A program made the translations under genes and the position numbers. Shown one piece after another: positions 13,496 to 24,809 of a stretch of 64,000 nt of DNA. The first letter of the stretch is position 1. Each line of letters begins with the position of its first letter. Location: the NCBI RefSeq assembly GCF_003704095.1, contig NW_020845063.1, positions 1 through 64,000 of the forward strand. The letters run 5' to 3'. Origin of the DNA: Pocillopora damicornis (Eukaryota). Under the pieces are notes generated by a model that did not search any database, was not told the DNA's origin, and saw nothing but the letters and a program-made list of their open reading frames with translations.

Positions 13496-14213
13496 AACAG
13501 CCCCGATTTTATTATTTTAGATGTCCCGGATATGCACTTGTACATATATTCGTGAATTGTCATTCATAGTGGTTTCAAACATTAAAATTCAATGATATGG
13601 AACACAATTTTGCATAAGATTATTGGGAATCAAGTACTTTAAAATTCAAAACAAAATAAATACTGTTTATCCCTGAAACGAAGCTGATATATCTGCCATT
13701 TAACTCGAGGGTAATGCTTCTCAAAGTGAATTCAGATAGTGTGAGCTAACAATTAAAAAAAGAGGTAAAAGGGACTAAATTTCATCAGACCTCTTCGAAG
13801 CTGTTGTTTGAGATGTCACTCACTTCTCCTTTGAAAGGAAGCGTTTAAGCGTTGCGTGACATCCGAAGAGCGGAAGCGGAAATAGACTTTTGTTTTGCTA
13901 TATAAATGTTGGCAACTTACGTTCACCTAGACCTACTTTCCTCCAGTGCGATGTTAAGATTCACACTCAAGCCCTACTTTTTGCTTGGAGGTAATATGAA
14001 AATGCAAAGGGACAAACGTCTAGCGTTAAAATGAAGAGAGTTTAAGTAAAACCAGGTGAATATAAAATTTTCAAATATGGGTTTTTACGGGCGAGTAGGG
14101 ATTGGAAAAAACCTGGGTGGACAGAAACCTAGAGCCCAGTCCTTTAATGAAAGCGCTGTTATTTTCACTTTCCTCCGTACTTCGTTTTCATCGTTTATTT
14201 ACATTTGCTTACA

Positions 14214-14684
14214 ATGGATACTTTGCATCTGCTGCACATTTTGAGTAAAAGAGTTCACGATATTGGGCATGGAGTTATGCTTTGCAAACAAGATGACATC
14301 GAGTCCAGGACTCTGGTCTGCTTCTTGGACAGGAGAGGCATTTTTCATCATGGCTTTGGCTACAAGAACAGTGGAACCATTCGAGTGGTCTGTTGGGAGG
14401 AAGAAATGAAAAAGCTCCGCTCCGTTGCCGAGGGATCATTTTTTATTGCTTTCACGGGGATAAGAACATGGAAGCAGTTTGACGCTGAGAATTTTCAAAG
14501 CGGGGACTTCCTCTTCAAAGATTGGTTTGACGACGAGAAAAAGCGAGCTGTGGAGGAAGAGTTGCAATGGGTCATCAAGAAAGAGGAAATGATCTGTGAT
14601 GCCGTGGATCGCTTAGCTCGGCTTAACGGCGAGGAAATGGAAAAGGCCTTGGAAGCTATCAAGGAAATCCGACCGAACTCATGA
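14214..14684 (+). CDS. Intronless 156-aa protein; possible OB-fold plus C-terminal helical tail
   Basis: Clean ORF that is more GC-rich than its flanks. SGTIRVVCWEEE....VAEGSFFIAFTG resembles RPA/SSB-type OB strands. TATATAAA at 13899 upstream. Confidence 0.6.
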   Translation: MDTLHLLHILSKRVHDIGHGVMLCKQDDIESRTLVCFLDRRGIFHHGFGYKNSGTIRVVCWEEEMKKLRSVAEGSFFIAFTGIRTWKQFDAENFQSGDFLFKDWFDDEKKRAVEEELQWVIKKEEMICDAVDRLARLNGEEMEKALEAIKEIRPNS

Positions 14685-15923
14685 ACAAAACGGCTAAAGA
14701 TTATAGCAATGGATGCTGTCGATATACACAAGAGTAAGCCGAGCGTAGAATTTATAAAACCCATAATTTAAATTCATATGTTATGTCTTATAAATTGAAG
14801 TTAGAGAATTTCAACAATACATAGTTGAAGAAAATTCCTTAGAATTTGTTGTCTACACGAACAGCTTGTAAATCATGTTGGCAAAGTGATTTGAAGCAGT
14901 TTTCAGTTCTTCACTCAAATAGTTGGGATGCAAATTGTTTTCAGTTGACTGCTTCTGTCAGACCTGTAATTTTTGAGATATTTTTAGACACTTAAAGTTC
15001 TTAGAGGCTCGCCTGGCCTGAAAACTGAGCCTATTCGGCAAAACTTGACATTAAATAAATATGAGAGATGAGTTAAAGAAATGTTTCGCTGTTTTTTTTT
15101 TTTGAAAATGAATTATATTGAAGCTGTCCACAGTTCAATAAAATACCTTTCATCGGCTTTAAACAAGTCAAGCAGCTACAGGGATGATGACCTTAAATTT
15201 GAAGGGTTTCCTTGCTCAGTTGCTGCTAAGATGACGAGAGTTTGAGCAATCTTAAAACCCAAATTCGTCCTTAAAAGGCGCCTGGCAGGCTAGCTGCGAA
15301 GCTATCTGGGATTTCGTTCGATTTTTTTTGTTGTCAAACTATTGGATATGTCGGTAACTCGAGGAGTAAATAGGGAGTCAATTACTTCCAAAACAATACT
15401 TTATTTCTAAGTAAAAACGTTGACATAATTTGGTACGTTTAACGGTAGTCAGGGTAGAGTTGACTGGTCAGGAAAGCTAGCATAAAGCAAAGATTCGAAC
15501 AGGTGAAAACGGTGTTACCGTTTACGTTGGGATTTCTCTGACCGTGCCCTATCTACTGCTCTGCTTTTGATTTTACACTTTGATACTGAAGATAGTTGAT
15601 GAGAAGTTTCTATCGATCAGTCAGCTCAAAATAATTGGAATGCCAAACCCAAAAGGCCTAAAAAAAAAAATTTACCTAAGAAATCTGCCGGATTTCTGAC
15701 CAATCTCTTCTACGGTAGCTCATAACTACTGTATTTCAGCCTTGTAGTCACAGAATCTTAGCCAAAGCCTCACTGGAGCTCGAATGAAAAATTGCTAACG
15801 TCCCATTTACTGTTTGGTTATTTTTAATTCAGAAAGTTACTTACATTTATTTAAGTCATATTTGGGGTTCTTGCAATTGCTTGACGCCTTGATCGCGTTG
15901 GGCTCATCGTTCGTGAGAGAATT

Positions 15924-16085
15924 GATCGTCCTGAGAAGGACCACTGTGGGTAGTGGTAACCGACGTTTCGCAACCTAAGCGGAAGTCATTCTCAGAAGAC
16001 TCTTGCTGGACTTCCGCTAAGGTTATCGAAATATAAGTCTCTGCAACCGACGACTTCTCAGGACTACTCTGACCAGGACGATCGG
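15924..16085. repeat. Degenerate palindromic (fold-back) interspersed repeat
   Basis: Arms GATCGTCCTG/CAGGACGATC, GTCCTGAGAAG/CTTCTCAGGAC and CCTAAGCGGAAGTC/GACTTCCGCTAAGG. Confidence 0.7.
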
Positions 16086-16799
16086 ACTACACGATCAAAT
16101 TTTACTCCTACGTTCTAATTGTTCACTGGAGTACTGAACAAGCTAGATTAAAACTAAAACAGCTTACAAAACTCCTATTCAGTTGAATAATCGACCCAAA
16201 TCTGTAGATTTTAGGAAGAGAAATTTAACTTTTTTTTTCGGAGACTGAGGACTGTGGCTTTTTTAGGTAAATACTAAAAGAAACCATTTTTTTTCTGCTG
16301 TGATGTTCTCTAGGCATTATAAAAAAATAAACATTATATTAGCAGCTTGATTTGACGATTCATTGATCAAAATGTACAAAAATTAATATTTGAGTTTTCA
16401 GCGAGAAAGCAAACTCCCTCCTTAACTGCGATTCAAGTTTAGATATGATGGAAGTAAAAACGTTTTTCACAAGAAAGATATATATTTATAGAGATATAAA
16501 AACAGGGGGAAATGGGACCACTCAAAACATTCGTTAAACACAACAAGCAAACGAGTCCAGTGGACAGACGGTCAAATGAGGCCCTTTCAAACCTGTTTAA
16601 ACCACGGACTGTGTTTCCTTAACTCCGTAAAAAATTCAATTTTGTCTACGACCTATTTCGAGCTGTTACATTGTCAAATTAATTATGTCACTCAGTAATA
16701 AAAAATGTGTCAATCAGTGGATTAAAATTTAGTTGAATCGAATGTTTTGGAGTTCTCTTCATTAGGTCAGTCAAAAAAGTGGACATAAATTGTTATCTC

Positions 16800-19700
16800 C
16801 TACGGACCCATTCTCTGCCCAAAGTTTCCTACACCAAACGTCTCATACCACATAGGTGGCCGTGTAAATCTCAAAGTTCTTAGATAATTAAAGGCTTCAG
16901 TCGGGTGTCCGGATGCCAGCTTGAGAACAAGTTTAAGTGACTCTTCTGAATGTTGCAGGATAGCATTTTCCATTCTTTTCGAAAGAAAACCCGATACGCT
17001 TGGCACTGTAGACGTTTTGTGGGCAGCCTGAATCCAATAGTTCAAATTGCGCACCTGGAAACTAAGCTGCACATACTTGATTGCAATTGCTTGCCAGTCA
17101 CAATTTAAGGAAGTATCGTAATCAGCTAATGCAAAATTCATCTTTGATAAAAATCGTGGCAGTTTACCATTTAAAGGCATGTGAGATCTCACTTCATCCG
17201 ACTTTTCTAGGACTAAATCGAGGTTCCGTTTGTAATTGCGATAGAATTTGTGAAGTAGAGTTTCGAGATCCTGTTTACCACGAAACTGGTAACACATATC
17301 AATGGTTTCTTCCTTTGGTTTGTAATCTTTTGGAGCTTTTGTACAACGCATTTCTGCATGAGGTCTCGAGGCAACAAACAAAAGGTTCTTCAGTCGCTCG
17401 ATTTCATCGTCGAGGAAAGTAACAAGAGAATTTCGAGTATCTAGAAAGTTAAGTTTTAGGGCCTGTTGGCGGTCAAGGAAAATCACCACAATTGTAAAAT
17501 GGGGTAAACCTCTTTTTATGTCAGCTGGACAATCTGCTATGAATGAAGAACATTTGTCCACCTTCTTCTGGTAATCGACGCGAATTCTATCTACTTCGTC
17601 AGATGTTTTGAAAAGGTTGACGTTTGCAGCCTTATATTTTCGGCATTCATCGCGCCCACAGCCCTCCTGAAGAGTTAGTATCTCATCTTCCGTAAGCTCT
17701 AGAAACAACCTGCTAGGATTCATTCCAAAGAACATATTGTAGATGAGGAAGTACTCTGCTTCTAGCGAGGGATATCGAAGAGTACCACCGTAGTTCTTTA
17801 TTACGTCGACAACTTTGCACCATGGACTGTGCCACTCACACGAGTCGCCGCCAATGAATAATGCTAAGTACATTGGAGTAATTCCATCTTTATTGGGGCA
17901 GTCCACATCAACACCAATAATTTCACTGCTAGAGAGCAAATGTGCAATAAATTGCCACATCCCTCGGGTAGCTGCAACGTGGTAAAGGGTCAGATCAGAA
18001 CGCTTTTCACTACAGCCAATATCCAAGGTCCCATCTTTAAGGAAATGATTTAAAATAGCTGAAGCCGAAAGTGAGGCGAATTCAACCTCCAAAGCTGTGA
18101 GTGCACTGGGTACTTCGAGGTTTAGAAAAGGCCTGTATTTCACAGCATATAATACTGAAAGCCATAAAGGGGAGGACCCGTCATGAGTTTCTATACTTAG
18201 GTTAGCACCTAAAGAAAGAAATTTTTCAATTGCCACCAGGTTTGCACCCTGAGCCGCTCTATGTAGAGCGTTATAGCCCTCTGCATCAAAACATTCATCT
18301 AAAACGTTACTGCCGTCAAAATAAGACAGAATGGCCAAAGTCAATGGTCCATCGCCGGTCTTGATTGTTTTCAGGTTTCCCTCGTCGATGTGCTCGTCGT
18401 ATTTATCCAGAAAGTAGTCGAAAAACGCATTTTCTGTTTGCAAATATTTTTGCCAGTTATCACTTCCCTTTAAATATTCGTAAAGGTAATGAAGGTAATG
18501 CAGTTTGTGATATGACGCTAAGTGAAAGACTGAATCCTCGAAGGGATCTCCACACGTGATGTCCACTTTCACGTTATGTTTTACAAGAACTTTTGACATA
18601 TGACGGCCACCGATGCGCAAATAAGCAAGCAGAGGAGTTAGCCCCGAGGCACCTCGACAGTTAACGTCCACACCTGCTTGTAATAAGGTGTTGGCGGCAT
18701 AAACGAAATGGAGTCTAACATAATCAAGCAGATGTGAGCAGTTGAACTTTGTAAATGTTGTTGTATACGCTCGCGATATGACCCTCGTAAAAGACGTTGC
18801 AACCAAGGCTTGTTCATATGGCTTATTTAACGCAACGACACGGTCCTTCAGCCTCTCAGAGACTGCAATATCGTAAGAAATAATGAAAGGTGTCAAGGAT
18901 AACACAAGAGAACTTTCGCTGAAACGACTGCTTCCTGTTAGGTTGTTGAAAGTACTGGTTTTCTCTTCTAATATATGGAAGAACGTTCGATTTCTATGGT
19001 CTCGCATAGCTAGAGTATTAGCTTTTCCTCTCTTGGAATCCAGCTTAACAAGCTTGATCAAGGTATTTAACCAAGGATATTGAATATCCAATTCGCTCAT
19101 GATCGTCTGAAAAGCTCCAGAATGTTTCTCTATCCAACCCTTAGGATTGGTGACATATAAGTCTGCAAAATACTCAGAACCCACGTGTGTTATGTCTTTT
19201 ACCACATAGTGTAAAGCCGTCATTCCCTCGCCATCAGTAGCTTGGTGATCGCATCTCAGGTCAAACAGAGGCCCAAAAACGTCCTTTGAAAAACATGACG
19301 CGGCACTATGTAGGGGTGTTGATCCATTTAGGCTTCGTGCATCGATATCTGCTCCACTGCTGACCAGAAGTGTTACAAGGGATGGCATATTGTGGCAGGA
19401 GGCGATGTGGAGTGGCGTGGAGCCATTACAATCAAACGTGTCAGGATCTACTTCGTACTTGATAAGCAACTCGGCAATACTATGATAGCCATGCTTAGCA
19501 GCGATATGCATAGCAGTAAATCCACACGGACAACGAGTTGGAAACATCGTACCTTCTGTAAAGGAGCCAGTACTCGATGATAACATTCTATCATTACAAT
19601 GAACATTGGCATCAACTCCAGACTTCAACAGTGTTTCTAAGATGTTATAATTATTTGCGTACACAGCCTCGTGTAAGGGGAGTCTTGTCGCAGAATTTGG

Positions 19701-22700
19701 ACAATTAATAGTATTTTGGTCTTGGCTCAACAAAGTTTTAATCACGTCCACATGTCCTCGAGCAACTGCCGCATGAAGGGCTGTTTCACGCAGGTGAAGA
19801 TGATGGTTATCATACAAACGTAATTTTTTAGACTCCAATTCGCTCCCATCTTCATCAGGAAAAGCAGAAAACGGGATGTTCTGGACACAGTCATCTGCAA
19901 CTCCTTCTCCCAGTAGGTATTGTACGACCTCATTATGACCCCCAGCTGCTGCGTGATGTAATGATATGTCATCCAGTTCTCCCCCAGCGCTCTGAAGTAT
20001 CTGGACAATGTCAAGATGACCGTTAGCCGCCGCCAATTGCAGAGCAGTATTGTTAGCTCCAGTTGTGCTGAAAATATTCACTTTGTGCTGAATAAGAAAG
20101 GCTACAACATCGTTGTTACCTTTTTGAGCGGCTGTATGCAATAATGAATATCCGCATAGCTTTCTTCTACACTCTTTAATGGGATTTTTGGAGTGTGAGA
20201 CACTTTCAAAATCCAAGTATGCTGCTCTACGGTTGAGGTTAGCTCCTCTACCAAACAGAATCTTCAAGTTTTTCAAGTAGCCAGAAGTTGCCGCTATAAA
20301 CGCTGGTGTACGTTGGTTGTAGTCTACATTGTCAACATCGCTGAAGTGGCCCACGAGAAGTTTAGTTACATCTGCATTAAACCAGCTGGAACTGTGGTGA
20401 AGTGCTGTCATTTGAGTCAAAGGGTCGCTTGAATTAATATGACTTGATGGCAGGGACAGAAATTGCTCCACCAAAGGATCATCCAGACCCCCTTCAACAA
20501 TATGACTCGCCAGGTAAAAGGCACTATCCGGCTTGAGGGGGAAATTGCTTTCTTCAGCCTTTTTCAGATAGTACTTTGCAAGACGGTTATGACCATTTTG
20601 CTTCTTGATATAATAGAATTTCCCTTTGTTTTTATCACTCGTGAGCCACTCAGACAAAGATGCATGATGAATCCGAATGAGATCCTCTCCTGATCCATGC
20701 CACAAGAACAAAGATACAAGGTCAAGTTTTGGCATGAGGTCGTACTCAAGGTCAAGAGCTGGGTGTCCAAGCTTGAGTGCTAAGTGCATTTCATGGATAG
20801 TAAGGGGGGTGTATGCTGCAACAAGCACTTCAAAAATTGCTCGCAAGGGTTGAAAAGATTCGGATGTGGCATACTTTCTCTCGAAGTATAGCTGATATGT
20901 GGTGTCAAGAGTTTGAGGAAACGTATCCAAACTGACACTTTGGGTTGTTTCCATCCACAAGTCCAACAAAACTTTAACAAACTGAAAGTTTCCCTGACCT
21001 TTCTGGGTCAAAATTGAAACAATTTTCTGAGCTGGCGCCTCGTTATTTGTGATTGCAAGGTTCGTTTTAATTTTATGCACGAGGGAATCTTTCCAAGAAA
21101 ACACCTTGAAGGATAAATATGTATCAATGTCATCTAGGTTTTTTGTGTCGTCCGACCGTAACTCTACTATTTTCAGCCCTTTGAAACTTGCAGTGATGGT
21201 GCTTACATTCCTTGAGCTCAAAATCAGCTTCAGCCACTTTGGAAGGCGTCGAATTTTGGATTTAAGAATGTTTAGAATCTCTGCCTTGTCGTTCGCACAT
21301 TCATCTAAGGCGTCAACGACAATATACCAAGGCTTCTCAGGTTCTAGTCCAAGGTTTTTCAAGGGGGTAAGTATTCCTTGTTCGAAACACCATTCTGAGT
21401 CTTGAGGACAATCCTTGTGTAATACTCTTCGAACAAACGGATCAGTCTCAAGGATTTTGCCGTACTTCTCCAGTTTTGAAGCGATCATGTTGGCAAGATT
21501 TCGAACGAACTTGGCTCCAGTCTGCGTTCCTTTGTCGACGTGCATGCAAAAATGATACCCAAGGATTCTGCTGTGAATAACTGGACTTGATGTTCTGGAA
21601 CAAAGCAAATAACTAAGGAAAGCAGACTTACCAGAGCCTGGATTTCCAGTTATTAAAACACCACGCTTTTGAGTGTGCTCTAAAACAGTTTCCATTTCCT
21701 GGTACAGCCATTGCCGGCCGATGAATTCTGCTTTCGATGAATTGATGAAATCACTGAAGTCGAAATTCTTCAACTCCCAATGATCATTATAATCTTGGAG
21801 CGTACATCCTGCAGGAACAAGAATCACACATTTTTGCCAATTTGAATACGGTATGTGTATAAAAATTGGCATTTTTGATCACCACTTCAGGTTCGGAGCT
21901 GGTAAGTCATAAAATTCCCAGCTGTGGATCATGATAATGTAACTGTCAAGCAGCCTCACGTGTCTCCTTTTATATATCATTTACTCAATGATCCTGATCC
22001 CGAGGCAGCGTTCGGTACGGCTCTAAATATTTTTTTTAACCTGAAGAATGGTTTTGAAAAATATATCGGAAAAACATAGCTCCGAGCGTTGATATAACAT
22101 GAGGTTCACCCTCATGTCTGCTGCGGCCTACAGACCTCCTTCATGCCAAATTGATTTTTTATTTTGCTATTTAAAGTTTTATTTACTCACCATCTCCGTC
22201 GTAAGAATCCTCTAAAACGATACAGAGGTTACATAGGAGCATAAACATGAACCACGATATGAGGTGGATTTTTCTCACGGGCTTGATATTTCTTATCAGG
22301 TTTCCTACAAGGATTCCTAACAGGTTTCCAAATGTTTGACTTTCTTTAGGCAATCTTGTCCAATTTAAATCATCAAGTTGGTTTTTAAGAATCTCATGTT
22401 GTTCTTGGAGCTGGTTTTGCTGCTCTTTGTTCCTGGCGGACTCCTCCATCAATGTTGTCAAATTGTTATTAATGCTAGAAATCTCTTTTGCCAAAATTTC
22501 TTTTAGGTCGGCCAACACTTGTGCCTCCATACTCTGCAGGTCTGAAACATGCCTAAGGTTGTTTACTTCTCTCAGGGCTTGCTGAGCGTCTGGATCGTGA
22601 ACTATGCTAGGATCCTGAAGCAGATTTTCAATCGTATCAAAGGCGTCTCTCTTATCGGCATCACTTAACTCTAGCTGTGGCACATGCACCCACTTGTCAT

Positions 22701-23187
22701 TTCGAGTGTCACGGACGGCTTTGATCAAGGGCAGTGAAACAGTGAAGTGGCTGCACCAGGACATCAGATTTAGAAAACCAGCGATGTCCATGTCATCTGC
22801 GCTCTTGATATCTGCATGGCCTCCCTGATCAGGGAGGAAGAGCTTGGCTATTTCCCAAGGACCCAGGATTGGATCCATCCACTTACTGCCATCACTTTGT
22901 TTCCAATTTGGCCTGTTTTTGTCATGATGTGCCTGAAGGATATGAGCCCACTGACAGGTCCTCATGTCGTGGTATTCATTTGGTTTTCTTCTCGGGATAT
23001 GGACACATGTGCAGGGTCCAGCAACTCTTGCAGACACATTTCTATAAAATGACTCCATCTCACGGGTAACGAAAGGGCGAAGACCGTGACGCAGCTCCGT
23101 TGTTAACGCATGACCGAGAGCAAGCCAGTTTCTGTACTCCGGCTTTGTTAGTTGTCCGATCGTCCCAGGAGCACTTGGGGAGGGCAT
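16800..23187 (-). CDS. ~2001-aa HEPN-like/coiled-coil/TM - NACHT(STAND) NTPase - ankyrin repeat protein; coding exons 22191-23187 and 16800-21808
   Basis: Donor G|GTGAGT at 22191 and acceptor CAG|GA at 21808 join in frame (6006 nt). FIGRQWL, Walker A GNPGSGKS, YHFC, Walker B IVVDALDE. Many ankyrin repeats (TALHxAA, TPLHxA). The N-terminus EYRNWLALGHAL...GLRPFV...WEIAKLFL...RNDKWVH resembles CXorf38/DUF4559-type HEPN domains. Confidence 0.85.
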
Positions 23188-23519
23188 TACTTCAATGAAA
23201 GAAGAGAAATAATTGATACGAAGCGAATTAGAAAACTGTGGTGTCTTGTCGTCTTGATTCAATACAAACAAATGCTTGCGAATGGACGATAATTGATTTG
23301 CATATTAAGTAATGTTTGTTATTCAATACGCCGGACTACATGGGAGTAGCAGATAAAAGGTTCATCCTTTATTTTATGTTATCGTTACAGTTTTATCTTC
23401 GACCTCTGAACAAAGTAATCAGTGTTAATCCAATGCGGTTAAGAAAGTTGTGGCTGGAGCAATTAAAGTTAGAAGCTCTATGAAGGAAATTATTTTGCAT
23501 CATCTTCTGTTTTGAATTC

Positions 23520-23530
23520 GGGGAATCCCC
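23520..23530. promoter_or_regulatory. NF-kappaB site GGGGAATCCCC in the putative first intron of the STAND gene
   Basis: The reverse complement GGGGATTCCCC is the classical MHC class I kappaB sequence. Confidence 0.5.
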
Positions 23531-24476
23531 GCACTTAACCTACCACTGAGTTGCCAATTGTGTGACGATGATACAAAGCTGTCTTTGTTGAGTTTAAAAC
23601 TTGAAGATAATTTTAGATGACAAAATACACGCAATGAGCTTTAGCTAATTGTTTCTACGAAAATTTTTAATGCCTTTATTAAAAACCATCAAAACCTCGA
23701 GGACTGCAGCAAAGACAAAACAAAACATTATTGAGACGTCGTAATTGCGAATCGTAAGGTCGGTTACTCTGGGGCTCTCCAGAAGTTTCCATCAGCCTAC
23801 TACGGTACAACTTAAAAGCATGGTGGTCGGCGAATTCAAAGCTTTTACTGATATCAACTTGTTCTTAACCTTAACAAAAACTAAAGTGGCGGCTAAGCTC
23901 TGAATTATTTGAAAAGGTTTGGCCTTGGACATAAATAGTTTTTGTCTGAGCGTAGCCAATTGTTTTTTCAACTTCTGGTTTCGATTTTGCTTCAAATGTG
24001 TCCTTGGCAGTGCTTCCTTCAAACATCTAGCAATAGGTAAAAAGTAATGGAAAAAAAGACGTAACAACGGGTAGAGGTACGCTACAAAGCGACGGTTAGC
24101 TGGTTCATGCATCAAGTTCGATAATCAAGTAAGTTTTCACGGCTAACTCGTAAATATTACCGGCTGAGAAAAATTGACAATGTCGGCATCAACAGTCGCT
24201 CGGTCGATTTCACCGCAGAATGTGAAGTCACTAAAAAGTTAAAATCATTGTTTGTCCTAACAACCGTGTTCATGGTTATTAATCTGTCTTCCTTTTTTAA
24301 CGCAACCTGATAGAATGTTCATCTAGGAATTTGTTTGTACATCAGGTTCCAAATGAACGAACAGTTAATTAGTTTGATGTTTACGCATTGAAGTAGACAA
24401 AATTCCGTATCCAGTCAGTCGTTCCTTTATTCATACGATGAAATAAAATGATTTCTAAGTTCCAATTTGATGTTAG

Positions 24477-24586
24477 ATACAGTGAGCGTTGAGATCGCTG
24501 AATTACAGCTCTTAGTAACTATTCCAAGTATATACAGTGAGCGTTGAGATCACTAAAGAACAGCTCTAATTAACTATTCTAAGCAT
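24477..24586. repeat. Two diverged tandem copies of a 55-bp unit
   Basis: ATACAGTGAGCGTTGAGATC...ACAGCTCT...TAACTATTC repeated at 24477 and 24532. Confidence 0.85.
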
Positions 24587-24789
24587 AATATTCAACGTTA
24601 AGTATGTTTTGAGATATTCGAGCTGATTTACCGCAAAAGGCGCCAAAGGAAAAGCCTTAACTTGACTCAGTTCCTCTTTAAGTGTTCCATAATGACGCTA
24701 TATTACATCTTCGGATCAAACTCACCTTAAATGTCGATTTAAGAACGTAGTTAGTTAGTAGAGTAACTTTCTTGGTATCATTCATATAA

Positions 24790-24809
24790 TTACGTCACCT
24801 TTCTGGGAA
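24790..24809 (-). promoter_or_regulatory. CRE-like (TTACGTCA) + GAS (TTCTGGGAA) composite upstream of a putative non-coding first exon (donor AG|GTGAGT at 24726) of the STAND gene
   Basis: Same order, 3-bp spacing and orientation relative to the gene as in the MOV10 promoters. Confidence 0.55.

Noticed and set aside
16800-21872. Calling the NACHT-ankyrin gene TANC1/2 or NPHP3
   Set aside because: No TPRs seen, and the N-terminal HEPN/TM region differs; only the NTPase class is shared.
17081-23069. Short ORFs antisense to or overlapping the STAND gene
   Set aside because: Shadow ORFs of a long coding exon; no motifs.
24477-24586. 55-bp tandem repeat as a possible CRISPR-like array
   Set aside because: Only two contiguous diverged units, no unique spacers, eukaryotic context.
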